Shown one piece after another: positions 48,710 through 59,521 of a DNA stretch of 64,000 bases. Where the stretch lies: the NCBI GenBank assembly GCA_038213805.1, contig JBBQSO010000015.1, forward strand, positions 14,265 through 78,264, written 5' to 3'. This DNA comes from Planctomycetota bacterium (GTDB lineage Bacteria > Planctomycetota > UBA11346). The translations under genes were made by a program, and so were the position numbers. The notes beneath the pieces are model-generated. The model was not told the DNA's origin. It was given only the letters and a program-made list of their open reading frames with translations, and did not search any database. The first letter of the stretch is position 1. Every line of letters starts with the position of its first letter.

Positions 48710-50050
48710 ATGCCCCGCCTCCCACTCCTCGCCCTCGTCTGCCTCCTCGCCTGCGCCGCCTCCGCGGCGGAGCCCCTGCCCGAGCGCATGACCTTCCTCG
48801 ACAACGGCACGCTGCGCATCGGCATGGATCTCAACCGCGGCGGCGCGGTGACCTTCCTCGGGGCCGCCGTGCGGCCGGGCAACCTGATCAACAGCTACGA
48901 TTATGGCCGGCAGATCCAGATGTCGGTGTATTCCGGACCGACGCCATTCACGCCGCACGGCAAGCAGCCGCGCCCGGAGTGGCGCGGGCTGGGCTGGAAT
49001 CCGATCCAGACCGGCGACTGCTTCGGCCGGCCGTCGCAGGTCGTCGAGCAGCGCAACGACGGCAAGGAACTCTACCTCAAGTGCGTGCCGATGCAGTGGC
49101 CGCTCGATGACGAGCCGGGCGAGTGCACCTTCGAGACCTGGACCACGCTCGACGGCCCGAGCGTGCGCATGCGCTTCCGCGTCGCCAACCACCGCGCCGA
49201 CCACACCCAGTACGCGGCGCGCAGCCAGGAGCTACCCGCGATCTACACCATCGCCGCGCTGCACCGGCTGATGACCTACAGCGGGCCGCAGCCGTTCACC
49301 GGCGCGGCGCCGGATGAGCAGCGCAACGACTGGCACCAACCGTGGCCGTGGACCACTTGGCTCGCGAGCGAGGGCTGGTCGGCGCTGGTCGGCGACGACG
49401 ACTGGGGCTTGGGCGTCTTCCGCGACGACGGCTGCTTCTTCAACGGCGGCCTCTATGGCGAGGCCGGCTCGCGCGATCCGCACGCCGTGCCGACCGGCTA
49501 CCTCGCGCCGGTCGAGACCGAGACCCTGGACCACGACATCGTCTACGACCACGCCTGCCTGATCACCGTCGGCACGCTCGCAGAGATCCGCGCGCGCAGC
49601 CTGGCGGTGGCGGTGGCGCTCCGGCAGGCGCCGGACTGGCAATTCAGCGGTCCCAGCCGCCTGCACTGGCACGTCGACGGCGCCACGGATGCCGGCCTGC
49701 CACTGGTCGACGGGTGGCGCATCCTGCTTGGCGCGAGCGTGCCGCGCCTGGTCTCTCCGCAGCGCTGCTGGCCGGCCGCTGCGCGTTTTCTGACCGTGGT
49801 CTTGACGTGGCCCGGACCAGCCACCACCGGCCGGATCTTCTGGACGCGCAGCGATGCGCAGGGGCGCGACGCCGCCAAGAGCCTGCCCCTGTCCCTGATC
49901 GCCGATCCGGCTGCGCACACCTACCGCATCGACCTGGGCACCAGTCCCGAATACCGCGGGCTGATCGCCGGATTGGCGCTCGACCCGTGTGGCGAGCCGC
50001 ATCCCGGCGTGGAACTGGTGGTGCGGAGTGCGGCGCTGGCGGAGCGCTGA
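48710..50050 (+). CDS. Secreted hypothetical protein (beta-rich, possibly carbohydrate-active)
   Basis: Signal peptide MPRLPLLALVCLLACAASAA; aromatic-rich (NLINSYDYGRQIQMS, GWNPIQTGD, QELPAIY). Confidence 0.72.
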   Translation: MPRLPLLALVCLLACAASAAEPLPERMTFLDNGTLRIGMDLNRGGAVTFLGAAVRPGNLINSYDYGRQIQMSVYSGPTPFTPHGKQPRPEWRGLGWNPIQTGDCFGRPSQVVEQRNDGKELYLKCVPMQWPLDDEPGECTFETWTTLDGPSVRMRFRVANHRADHTQYAARSQELPAIYTIAALHRLMTYSGPQPFTGAAPDEQRNDWHQPWPWTTWLASEGWSALVGDDDWGLGVFRDDGCFFNGGLYGEAGSRDPHAVPTGYLAPVETETLDHDIVYDHACLITVGTLAEIRARSLAVAVALRQAPDWQFSGPSRLHWHVDGATDAGLPLVDGWRILLGASVPRLVSPQRCWPAAARFLTVVLTWPGPATTGRIFWTRSDAQGRDAAKSLPLSLIADPAAHTYRIDLGTSPEYRGLIAGLALDPCGEPHPGVELVVRSAALAER

Positions 50051-50264
50051 CGAGGCGGAAAACTTGTGTGCGACCGGCTTGATTTCGCCGACCTCGGCGC
50101 TCTGATCCGGGGCCGGATCCCAAGGTCCTGCCCTGCACCGACCTGCATTCCGGAAGCCGCATGTCCGACTGCCTACCAACGTCTCTGCCGGCCGTCCGGA
50201 CGGCCCGCCCGCACGGGGTGGCCGGCGACCAGACGGCGTGGGCTGGGCTGCCCACCGGGCAGCG

Positions 50265-51065
50265 ATGAACGAACGCATCCTTGTCTTCATCCCCGCCTAC
50301 CGCTGCGCGGGGCAGATCGGCCGGGTGCTCGCGCAATTCGGCCCGGGCATCCGCGAGCGCTTCAGCGAAATCCTGGTGGTCGAGAACCGCAGTCCCGACG
50401 ACACGCTCGCGGTGGCGGTCGCGGCCGCCGGGGCGCTCGACGGGATCGCCGTCACGGTGGTGCAGAATACCGACAACTACAACCTCGGCGGCTCGCACAA
50501 GGTGGCCTTCGCCTACGCCCTCGAGCACGGCTTCGACTACCTGGTGGTGCTGCACGGCGACGACCAGGGTGCGATCGCCGACCTGTTGCCGCAGCTCGAC
50601 CGTGGCGCGCACCGTGCCTGCGACGCGCTGCTGGGCGCGCGCTTCGCGCCCGGCGCCACCCTGTCCGGCTACTCGTGGTTCCGCACCTTTGGCAACCGCG
50701 TGTTCAACCTGATGATCTCGCTGGTCACCTGGCACCGCGTCCACGACATGGGCTCCGGGCTGAACATGTACAAGACGGCGTTCCTCGCCAACCGCTTCTA
50801 CCTGCACTTCCCCAACAACCTCACCTTCAACGTGTACATGCTGTACTACAGCATCTGGAAGCGCTCACCGACGGTGTTCTTCCCGCTCACCTGGCGCGAG
50901 GACGACCAGGTCTCGAACGCCCGGATCTTCCGCCAGGCGTGGATCATCCTCGGCCTGACCTGGCGCTACCTGACCGGCGCGCGCGCGCTGTTCGCGCAGA
51001 CCACGCCCGCGGGCGCGCTGGCCTACACCAGCAGCGTCGTCCTGCAGCGCCCGGCGCGGTCCTGA
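50265..51065 (+). CDS. GT2 glycosyltransferase (DPM1/polyprenol-phosphate type)
   Basis: VFIPAY, ILVVENRSPD, LGGSHKVAFAYA, LHGDDQ, GARF, D.GSG. Confidence 0.88.
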   Translation: MNERILVFIPAYRCAGQIGRVLAQFGPGIRERFSEILVVENRSPDDTLAVAVAAAGALDGIAVTVVQNTDNYNLGGSHKVAFAYALEHGFDYLVVLHGDDQGAIADLLPQLDRGAHRACDALLGARFAPGATLSGYSWFRTFGNRVFNLMISLVTWHRVHDMGSGLNMYKTAFLANRFYLHFPNNLTFNVYMLYYSIWKRSPTVFFPLTWREDDQVSNARIFRQAWIILGLTWRYLTGARALFAQTTPAGALAYTSSVVLQRPARS

Positions 51066-51067
51066 CC

Positions 51068-51928
51068 ATGGGCGGCGCCGCATCGATGTGGGCGGTCCGC
51101 GCGGTGATCATCATCGTGGTGGTGGTGGCCTGCGCGCTGGGCGGCGGCGACAGCATCACTGCCGCCGTCTCCGCCATGGCCGAGCCGCGGCGCGCCGCCG
51201 TGCTGCTCGCGGCGTTGGCCGCGCTGCTGGTCTCGCAAGGGCTGCGCGGCGTGCGTCTGCACCTCGCACTCGCCGGCTTCCGCCCGCGCCCGCTGCAGAC
51301 CATGCGCATGCAGCTCACCGCCTCGTGTCTTGGCCACGCCACCATCCCACTGGTCCAGGAGGCCAGCCTGCTGGCGCTCTATGTGCAGGATCGCAGCGGC
51401 CTGGCGGAGCGCGGGCGCCCGACCGTCCTGCCGATGGTGCTGGCGATGATGGTCACGCGGTTGTTCGACTTCCTGGTGATCATGCCGCTGGTCCTCGCGC
51501 TGTCCTCGCCGATCACCGGCTATCAGGCGGCGCTGGTGGCGGTCGGCCTGGTCCTCGCGCTCGCACTGTTCGTCTTCCCGCTCGCCGTCGAGCGCCTCGA
51601 ACGCCACGCCCTGCGCGCCTACCACGGGCCGGCCGGCGTCGCCCTGGTCACCGGGGCAGCGGGCGCCCGGGCGATGTTCGCGCGCATGCGCATCACCAGG
51701 CCGGACGCGCTGTTCGTGCTGGTGCTGCTGACCCTGGGCGGTTGGGGCTGCGAGCTGCTCTCGGTGATGTGGGCGATGGACACCGAGCTGGGCGGCGCCT
51801 GCCAGCTGCTGGTGTCGCGCATCACCGGTCCGCACGCGCTGGCCGGCGCCAGCGTGTGGCTGGGCGTCCTGCTCCTCGGCCTGGGTGGCTCCGCCGTCGT
51901 CCTCACCACCGTCATGCGCAAGGGTTGA
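51068..51928 (+). CDS. Multi-pass membrane protein, LPG-synthase-TM/flippase-like
   Basis: Seven to eight hydrophobic segments, LRGVRL and TRLFD motifs; sits between the GT2 and kinase genes. Confidence 0.65.
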   Translation: MGGAASMWAVRAVIIIVVVVACALGGGDSITAAVSAMAEPRRAAVLLAALAALLVSQGLRGVRLHLALAGFRPRPLQTMRMQLTASCLGHATIPLVQEASLLALYVQDRSGLAERGRPTVLPMVLAMMVTRLFDFLVIMPLVLALSSPITGYQAALVAVGLVLALALFVFPLAVERLERHALRAYHGPAGVALVTGAAGARAMFARMRITRPDALFVLVLLTLGGWGCELLSVMWAMDTELGGACQLLVSRITGPHALAGASVWLGVLLLGLGGSAVVLTTVMRKG

Positions 51929-51933
51929 GCGTC

Positions 51934-53376
51934 ATGGACCACCGCAGCGTGCTCGTCATCGTCGGCCTGGGCATCCCGGACCTCGCGCCGGTGCACCGCA
52001 TCCTCACGATCTCCTCCTACGCCAACATGCGCCTCGGCAAGGAGCGCTACGCCGACCACCTCGCCCGTTTCTGGCCGGACGCCACCCCGGAACAGGCGAC
52101 CACCCTGCCGCGCACCGTCGGCGACCTGCGCACCACGCTGCTGCGCCACCCGCACGCGGCGCGGGTGCTGGTCTACGCCGCGCGCTGGTTCCCGATCGAC
52201 GAGGCGCAGGCGCACGCCCTGGTCGACAAGGCCTGCGCGGCCTCGGTCGACGTGGTGGTGCATACCGCCGCCGGCGAGCCGGTGCTGTGGTGCGGCGCGG
52301 TCGCCCAGCTGCTGGCGCGCAACGATGCCGAGCTCGCGCTGCACGCGCTGCGCGAGCCGGAGTCCGTAGTCGCGCCCACCGGCGCATTCGCCGACCTCTC
52401 CGATCCCGCGCACATCCTGCGCCTGTTCGCCTCGGGCTTCTCGCTGCGCGCGTTCAACCGCCTGGCGCGCGGGCGCGCCGGCTATTTCCTCAAGTCCTCG
52501 CAGCAGCGCGACAAGATGGCGGCCGAGCACGCCTTCCTCGCGGCCGTGCCGGCAGTGCTGCGGCCTTTCTTTCCCCAGGTCGGCGACCACCACGACACGC
52601 CCGACGGCGGCGCCTACGAGATCGAGGTGGTGCCGGCGCTGGACGTGGGCAAGCACCTGATCAACGAGACCTTCGCCGCGCCGTCCGCGGTGGCGCGCCT
52701 GGTCGAGTCGCTGGCCATGTACTGGGACGCCCGGCCGCGCGTGCCCGCCGCTGCGGCCGAGGTGCGCGCGCAGCTTGGCGAGCTGTTCGTCGCCAAGACC
52801 CGCGCGCGCCTCGAGCAGGCCGCGGGCCTGCCGGTGCGCGGCAAGCTCGACATGATCTGCGGCTGGAACGGCTGCGGCTCGTTCGCTGAATTCGGCCGCG
52901 CGCTGCTCGCGCGGGTCGAGGCGGCGATCGCGGCGGACCGCTCCACCTCGCTCGGCTTCTCGCACGGCGACCTGTTCTTCAGCAACATGGTCTTCGATCC
53001 GTCGACCGGCCTGCTCAAGCTCATCGACCCGCGCGGCGCCGCGCCGGGTGCGCCGCCTTACCGCGCGGACTGGTACGACCTGGCCAAGCTCTCGCACTCG
53101 TTCTGCGGCCGTTACGACCTGCTGGTCTATGACCTCGCCGACCTGGTGCTGTCGCCCGCGATGCGCCTGTCGCTGCGCCACCACCAGTTCCCCGGCCTGG
53201 ACGCGCTGGAAACCGCTTTTGCCGGCTTCCTGGCGGCGCGCGGCTTCGCGCTCAAGACCGTGCGGCTGTATGAGGCCACGCTCTTCGTGAGCATGATCCC
53301 GCTGCACGCCGAGAGCGACAAGCGCGTGATCTGCCAGCTCTGCCAGGCCATCGACTCCTTCCGGGCCGCGGAGTGA
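51934..53376 (+). CDS. APH/choline-kinase-fold phosphotransferase of capsule-locus type
   Basis: HGDLFFSNM, KLIDPRG, YDLAKLSHS..G.YD, FVSMIPLH. Confidence 0.8.
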   Translation: MDHRSVLVIVGLGIPDLAPVHRILTISSYANMRLGKERYADHLARFWPDATPEQATTLPRTVGDLRTTLLRHPHAARVLVYAARWFPIDEAQAHALVDKACAASVDVVVHTAAGEPVLWCGAVAQLLARNDAELALHALREPESVVAPTGAFADLSDPAHILRLFASGFSLRAFNRLARGRAGYFLKSSQQRDKMAAEHAFLAAVPAVLRPFFPQVGDHHDTPDGGAYEIEVVPALDVGKHLINETFAAPSAVARLVESLAMYWDARPRVPAAAAEVRAQLGELFVAKTRARLEQAAGLPVRGKLDMICGWNGCGSFAEFGRALLARVEAAIAADRSTSLGFSHGDLFFSNMVFDPSTGLLKLIDPRGAAPGAPPYRADWYDLAKLSHSFCGRYDLLVYDLADLVLSPAMRLSLRHHQFPGLDALETAFAGFLAARGFALKTVRLYEATLFVSMIPLHAESDKRVICQLCQAIDSFRAAE

Positions 53377-53387
53377 GGGGAGCGACC

Positions 53388-54521
53388 ATGCCCACCAACC
53401 ACGTCATCTGTGCGGCCGGCGAAGGCTCGCGTTTCGGGCGCGAGCTCGGCCTGCCGATCAAGCCGCTGATCCGCCTGCACGGGCGCACCCTGCTGGAGTG
53501 GTCGGTGCAGTCGCTGCCGGTGTTCGCCGACGACCGCATCCTCGTGCTGACCCAGGCCAAGCACCGCCTGCGCGAGAAGCTGCTGCCGCGCCTCTGCGAA
53601 CTCTACCCATTCAACGCGGTCGAATGGCTCGAACTGCCGGGCCTGACCCGCGGCCAGCTCGAGACCGCGCTGCTCGCCGCGCCCGCCCTCGACCCGCGGC
53701 TGTCACTGACCATCTTCAACAGCGATACCTACTTCCAGAGCCGCACCCTGGTCGCGGCCATGGCCGATCCCGCGGTCGCCTGCGTCATCCCCTGCGCCGA
53801 GGCCGAGGGCGCGGCGTGGTCGTTCTGCCGCACCGACGGCGCGGACCGCGTCGTCGAGGTGAAGGAGAAGGTACGCATCTCGCCGTGGGCGACGGTCGGG
53901 CTCTACCATTTCCGCGACACCCCGACCTTCCTCGCGCGTGCCCGGGCGGCGCTTGAGCGCGCCGCCAACGGCAATGGCGAGTGGTACGTGGCACCTCTCG
54001 CCCAGGAGTACATCGACGAGGGCGCCACGGTGCTGATGGACCGCTGCACGCTGTTCAAGCCGATGGGCACGCCTGAGCAGATCGAGCGCTTCTGGGGCTG
54101 CACCATGCCGCAGGTGCAGGCCGAAAACGCGCGCCGCGGCCTGGTCGTCGACCTCGATAACACCATCACCATCGAGGAGCCCGCCGTCGCCTATGCCGAC
54201 AAGCGCCCGAACCCAGCGGTGATCGCCAAGTTGCGCGAATATGCGGCGGCCGGCTGGGAGATCACCATCGCCAGCTCGCGGCGCATGGCCACCCACCGCG
54301 GCGACGAGGCCAAGGTGCTCGCCGACGTCGCCGGCGTCACCATCGCGTGGCTGCAGCGCCACGCGGTGCCCTATCACGGCCTGCGCTTCGGCAAGCCGTA
54401 CGCGCACGACGGCTTCTACGTCGATGACAAGGCGGTGCGGCCCGGCGAGTTCCTGCGCGCCTCGCCCGCCGAGCTGCGCGCGCTCCTCGACGCGGACGAG
54501 CGCGCGGCGCAGGGCCGCTGA
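53388..54521 (+). CDS. Nucleotidyltransferase fused to a HAD-IIIC (EcbF/BcbF-like) phosphatase
   Basis: AAGEGSRF...KPLI, TRGQLET, IFNSD, EK.RIS..ATVGLYHF, GEWYV, MGTPE; then VVDLDNTI, RRM, FGKP, YVDDKAVRP.EF. Confidence 0.85.
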   Translation: MPTNHVICAAGEGSRFGRELGLPIKPLIRLHGRTLLEWSVQSLPVFADDRILVLTQAKHRLREKLLPRLCELYPFNAVEWLELPGLTRGQLETALLAAPALDPRLSLTIFNSDTYFQSRTLVAAMADPAVACVIPCAEAEGAAWSFCRTDGADRVVEVKEKVRISPWATVGLYHFRDTPTFLARARAALERAANGNGEWYVAPLAQEYIDEGATVLMDRCTLFKPMGTPEQIERFWGCTMPQVQAENARRGLVVDLDNTITIEEPAVAYADKRPNPAVIAKLREYAAAGWEITIASSRRMATHRGDEAKVLADVAGVTIAWLQRHAVPYHGLRFGKPYAHDGFYVDDKAVRPGEFLRASPAELRALLDADERAAQGR

Positions 54522-54530
54522 GGCGCGACC

Positions 54531-55394
54531 ATGGCCGAACCCTTGCCGCTGATCGACGCCCACCTCCACCTGTGGGATCCCGGCCGCCTGCGCTATGCCT
54601 GGCTCGACGGCGCGCCCGCGCTGAATCGGCCGTTCCTACCGGCGGACTTCGCCGCGGCCAGCGCCGGGCTGCCGGTCACCAAAGCGGTCTTCGTGCAGTG
54701 CGACTGCGATCCCGCGCAGGCGCTCGACGAGGCGCGCTGGATCACCGCGCTCGCCGCGACCGAGCCGCGCATCGCCGCCATCGTCGCGCACGCGCCGGTC
54801 GAACTCGGAGGCGCGGCGGTCCGCCCGCATCTGGAACAGCTCACCGCCCTGCCGCTGGTCACCGGCGTGCGCCGCATCATCCAGGGCGATGGCGCGCCTG
54901 GTGCGTGCACCACGCCGGCCTTTATCAGCGGCGTCCAGGAGCTGGCCGCGTTCAACCTCAGCTTTGACCTGTGCATCGCGCGGACGCAGCTGCGCGACGT
55001 CACCGCGTTGGTGCGGGCCTGCCCGAAGGTGTCGTTCATCCTCGACCACGGCGGCAACCCGGACGTGCGCGCCACTGCACTGCAACCGTGGGCGGACGAT
55101 TTGCGGGCGCTCGCGCAGTTGCCCAATGTCGCCTGCAAGCTCTCCGGCCTGGTCACCGCCGGCTGGGCCCCGGCCATGCTGAAACCCGCCATCGACCACA
55201 TCATCGCCTGCTTCGGCGCGCAGCGCACGCTCTTCGGCGGCGACTGGCCGGTGGTGCTCGGCGCCGCCACGTACCGCGCCTGGGTCGAGGCCTTCCGCGC
55301 CGCTATCGCCGACCGCCCCGTCGAGGACCAGGCGCGCATCTGCGCCGGCACCGCCGAGATGCTCTACCTGCACGACCTGCCCCACCGGCCGTGA
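54531..55394 (+). CDS. Amidohydrolase_2 family protein (L-fuconolactonase-like)
   Basis: IDAHLHLWD, GVRR, FDLC, LDHGG.P, CKLSGL, FGGDWPV. Confidence 0.88.
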   Translation: MAEPLPLIDAHLHLWDPGRLRYAWLDGAPALNRPFLPADFAAASAGLPVTKAVFVQCDCDPAQALDEARWITALAATEPRIAAIVAHAPVELGGAAVRPHLEQLTALPLVTGVRRIIQGDGAPGACTTPAFISGVQELAAFNLSFDLCIARTQLRDVTALVRACPKVSFILDHGGNPDVRATALQPWADDLRALAQLPNVACKLSGLVTAGWAPAMLKPAIDHIIACFGAQRTLFGGDWPVVLGAATYRAWVEAFRAAIADRPVEDQARICAGTAEMLYLHDLPHRP

Positions 55395-55395
55395 G

Positions 55396-57195
55396 CTAAC
55401 CCGCACCCGCCGGGGCGAGGGGGTTGCCGCGTAGCCCGGCGCGCTGGGCCATGGCCAAGACCGCGTGGCTGGCTTCGGTGACGACGCGTTCCCAGCCGGT
55501 CTCGCCGCGCGCGATGCGGTCGAGGTCGCCTTCAAGGCGGGCGGTGTAGCCAAGGTCGATGAAGTTGCCGCTGAAGTGCCGGACCAGAAAATCCGTGACC
55601 GCCAGGCCGAGCTCCGTGGCGTGCAGTTTGCGCTGCTTCTCCGCGACGTAGGCGCGCTCGATGATGGTGCGCATGATCGCCGCATAGGTCGAGGGCCGGC
55701 CGATGCCGTCGTGTTCGAGCTTCTTGATCAGCGACGCCTGGGTGTAGCGCGAAGGCGGCTTGGTGGTGCGCGCCTGGGCCTCGAGCTCGAGCAGGTTCAG
55801 CGCGTCACCGGGTTGCAGCATGGGCAGCTCGCCGGCGAACTCGTCCTCCTCGTCGCCGCCGGATTTGGCCGGCGCGCCGGCCTTGGCCTTGCGCTTACGC
55901 ACCGCGCGCTCTTCCGTCGCATCATCGCCGGTGAGCCGGCGCCAGCCGTCGAACAACACAACCTTGCCCTTGGCCTGGAAGACCCCCATCGGCTGCGGCG
56001 CGCGGCCCGCGACCAGCCAGGCGCCGGGCGCGCAGGCGACGTCGAGGGTGGTGAGCTGATCGCGGCCCGGTGCCATCTGGCAGGCGATGAAGCGCTGCCA
56101 GATCAGGCGGTAGAGCTTGCCGGCCGCCTCGCCGCCGGCGGCGTCGACGCCTTCCTCGGGGTGGGTCGGGCGGATCGCCTCGTGCGCCTCCTGGGCGTTG
56201 GCCGCCTTGGTGGCGTGCACCACCGCTTGCGCCGGCAGATAGGCCTTGGGGAAGTCGCGGGCGATCAGCGCGCGCGCCGCCGCGATGGCCTCGGGCGCCA
56301 GTGCGGTGGAGTCGGTGCGGTGGTAGGTGATGCGACCGTCCTCGAACAGTCCCTGCAACAACTTCATGGTCGCGTCGGGGTTCAGCCCCAGGCGCACCGA
56401 CGCCGCCTGCTGCACGGTCGCGGTGGTGAAGGGCGCCGGCGGGTGGCGCTGCTGCTCGCGCCGCTCACAGCCTTGCACGCGCCATTCCTGGCGACGGCAC
56501 CACGCTACGGTCTGGTCGGCGACCTTGGCGTTGGCCAGGCGCTGCGCGAGTGGCTCGCCCTTCCACGCCACCAGGCGCGCCTGGAATGGCGGCGGCGTGC
56601 CTGGGCGCGCGAGACGCGCGGCGAGGATGAAATAATCGACCGCGTTGAACTTCTGGATCTCGCGCTCGCGCTCCGCGACCAGGCGCAGCGCCACCGACTG
56701 CACGCGCCCGGCGCTGCGGGCGTCCTTGCCCAGCCGGCGCAGGGTCGGGCTGACCAGCCAGCCGACCACGCGGTCGAGCACGCGCCGCGCCTGCTGCGCG
56801 TCGACCAGATGCAGGTCGAGGTCACGCGGACTCGCCACCGCCTTCAGCACCTCGGCGCGGGTGATGGAGTGGAAGACCACGCGGCGGTAGGCACGCGCGC
56901 CGAGCAGCTGGCTGATGTGCCAGGCGATGGCCTCGCCCTCGCGGTCGGGGTCGGTGGCGAGCAGCACCTCGTCGGCGTCTGCCGCCTGGCGGGTGAGATC
57001 GGCGATGGCCTGGCGGCTGCGTTCCAGCGGCACGTAGGTGGGCAGCACGCGCCCTGCGGCGAAGCCGACCGACAACTCTCCCGCCGCCGGCAGATCGCGC
57101 ACATGCCCGAAGCTCGCCGCCACGCGGTAGCCGCTGCCGAGAAATTCGCGGATCTTGCGCGTCTTGTTCGGGGACTCGACGATCACCAGCTTCAT
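55396..57195 (-). CDS. topA: Type IA DNA topoisomerase (core only, no C-terminal domains)
   Basis: VIVESPNK, GHVRDLP, ATDPDREGEAI, SAGRVQS, ITYHRTD, QEAHEAIRPT, GIGRPSTY. Confidence 0.93.
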   Translation of the reverse strand: MKLVIVESPNKTRKIREFLGSGYRVAASFGHVRDLPAAGELSVGFAAGRVLPTYVPLERSRQAIADLTRQAADADEVLLATDPDREGEAIAWHISQLLGARAYRRVVFHSITRAEVLKAVASPRDLDLHLVDAQQARRVLDRVVGWLVSPTLRRLGKDARSAGRVQSVALRLVAEREREIQKFNAVDYFILAARLARPGTPPPFQARLVAWKGEPLAQRLANAKVADQTVAWCRRQEWRVQGCERREQQRHPPAPFTTATVQQAASVRLGLNPDATMKLLQGLFEDGRITYHRTDSTALAPEAIAAARALIARDFPKAYLPAQAVVHATKAANAQEAHEAIRPTHPEEGVDAAGGEAAGKLYRLIWQRFIACQMAPGRDQLTTLDVACAPGAWLVAGRAPQPMGVFQAKGKVVLFDGWRRLTGDDATEERAVRKRKAKAGAPAKSGGDEEDEFAGELPMLQPGDALNLLELEAQARTTKPPSRYTQASLIKKLEHDGIGRPSTYAAIMRTIIERAYVAEKQRKLHATELGLAVTDFLVRHFSGNFIDLGYTARLEGDLDRIARGETGWERVVTEASHAVLAMAQRAGLRGNPLAPAGAG

Positions 57196-57241
57196 CGGCG
57201 GGAGCATCGTCACTGCCGACGCCAGCGGAAGGGTGCGGCGC

Positions 57242-58054
57242 TCAGGCTGCCAAGCCCAAGCGCTCGCGCAGCCGCAGCGCCGCCGGCGTGTCCTGGCACC
57301 AGTTCCCGGGCTTGCGCGCGCCGAGGTAGTGCAGGTCGGCCCCGCTGCTCGCCAGCCAGCCGTGCTGCTCGGCGGCCGCGGCGAGCTGGCTGGCCAGGGT
57401 CGGGTCGAGGTTGGGGTGGTTGGTCTCGAGGCCGTCGCAGCCCAGCGCCATGAGCTCGCGCACCAGCCCGATGGTCGTGTACATGCCCGGATGGGCGAGG
57501 ATGGCCACGCCGCCCGCCGCGCGGATGACGGCGCAGGCGTCGGCCACGGCCGGGTAGGGGGGCAGGCCCGCATCGACGGCGTACTCGTCGCCGAGGTGCT
57601 GGGCGAAGGCCTCCTGCACCGAGGTCACGCCGCCGCGCCGCACCAGCTCGCGCGCCAGGTGCAGGCGCCCGAGCGCGCCTTCCGGTCCGGCGCGGCGGTC
57701 GCGCAGGTCGGCCACCGTCACGCCGCGCGCCACGTCCACCGGCAGACGTGCGATCAGCACCGCCAGGCGCTCCAGGCGCGTGGCGCGGATCCCGGCCAGG
57801 AAGGCGGCTAGGCCGCCCTGGTCCGGATTGATGCCCAGCGCGACCACGTGGATCTCGCGCCCGTCCCGGCCGGCGGTGACCTCGACGCCCGGCAGCAGGC
57901 CCGGCGTGCCGCGCAGCGCGCTCCAGCCCGCCAGGGTGTCGTGATCGGTGACCGCGAACCACTCGACCTGCGCCTGACGCACCGCCGCCAGCAGCGCCCC
58001 CGGGGCCAGGGCCCCGTCGCTGTGCCAGGTGTGCAGGTGGAAATCAGTCTTCAC
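57242..58054 (-). CDS. PHP-domain phosphoesterase (TrpH/YciV-like)
   Basis: DFHLHTWHSDG, VTDHDT, PGVEVT, EIHV, GRLHLA, LAHP, GADLH. Confidence 0.9.
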   Translation of the reverse strand: MKTDFHLHTWHSDGALAPGALLAAVRQAQVEWFAVTDHDTLAGWSALRGTPGLLPGVEVTAGRDGREIHVVALGINPDQGGLAAFLAGIRATRLERLAVLIARLPVDVARGVTVADLRDRRAGPEGALGRLHLARELVRRGGVTSVQEAFAQHLGDEYAVDAGLPPYPAVADACAVIRAAGGVAILAHPGMYTTIGLVRELMALGCDGLETNHPNLDPTLASQLAAAAEQHGWLASSGADLHYLGARKPGNWCQDTPAALRLRERLGLAA

Positions 58055-58125
58055 GAAGGGACCCTAGGATGTTAATGGAGCAGCCCAAGGGGCGATGGCG
58101 GGAACGGTGGACGGTCCGCTCACGC

Positions 58126-58258
58126 GGAAGAGCCTAGACCCTAGACCCTAGGTCGTCGGATGCGGTGAAATGCGCGATGATGTGGTGGACTTGATAGGGG
58201 GACTCGGAAGGAGCGCAGGAAGCGCCCTCGGCCTAGGGTCTAGGGTCTAGGGTCTTCC
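58126..58258. repeat. Heptamer (CTAGACC)-based inverted repeat with 79-bp spacer
   Basis: GGAAGAGCCTAGACCCTAGACCCTAGG (58126-58152) vs CCTAGGGTCTAGGGTCTAGGGTCTTCC (58232-58258): 26 of 27 positions complementary. Confidence 0.92.
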
Positions 58259-58305
58259 AACAAAGCGCGGCCCCAGCCCCAGGCCCCCAGCCGCCCCATG
58301 CGTCT

Positions 58306-59481
<1,176 letters not shown>

Positions 59482-59521
59482 GGGCTTCCTTATGGCGGGC
59501 ACCGGACTACTTTCCAGGCCC

